DNA of 64,000 nucleotides. Origin: Lepidodermella squamata (taxonomy: Eukaryota; Animalia; Gastrotricha). A program made the position numbers and the translations under genes. The stretch lies in NCBI GenBank assembly GCA_047495785.1, contig JBLDXI010000126.1:1-64000 (forward strand). Direction: 5' to 3'. Below the pieces are notes generated by a model. The model saw nothing but the letters and a program-made list of their open reading frames with translations. It did no database searches and was not told the origin of the DNA. This document shows, piece after piece, positions 63,950 through 64,000 of the stretch. Each line of letters opens with the position of its first letter. The first letter of the stretch is position 1.

Positions 63950-64000
63950 TCAGAAAATTTAATATTCAATCGCAGATATTTACTATAAATTTGCAAAAAT

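Overview
Animal (probably protostome invertebrate) nuclear ribosomal DNA tandem array covering about six units. Each unit is 18S-ITS1-5.8S-ITS2-28S on the + strand, with a 5S gene on the - strand inside every intergenic spacer (IGS); the uninterrupted unit is about 8.46 kb. Five different mobile elements sit in the array. Two are non-coding elements with subterminal inverted repeats, inserted 62 bp apart in 18S: one of 4.6 kb filled with a 189-bp satellite, and one of 0.8 kb carrying a tRNA-like Pol III cassette. Three are non-LTR retroelements, all at the same IGS site (TAACCTCAGAAAATTT) and all antisense to the rRNA. A is a full-length 6.5-kb Jockey/I-group-like LINE. B is a 1.55-kb Gag-only element with the same 16-bp TSD and a homologous G-tailed 3' end. 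C is a 5'-truncated, GC-rich LINE of a different family. The best candidate for an undescribed system is A plus B: an IGS-targeted helper and HeT-A-like Gag-only partner with oligo(G) tails, whose 5' ends resemble the host sequence they displace. A 17-mer matching a PacBio barcode occurs three times, so some joins need read-level checking. Most short ORFs in the supplied track are spurious translations of rRNA or spacer.
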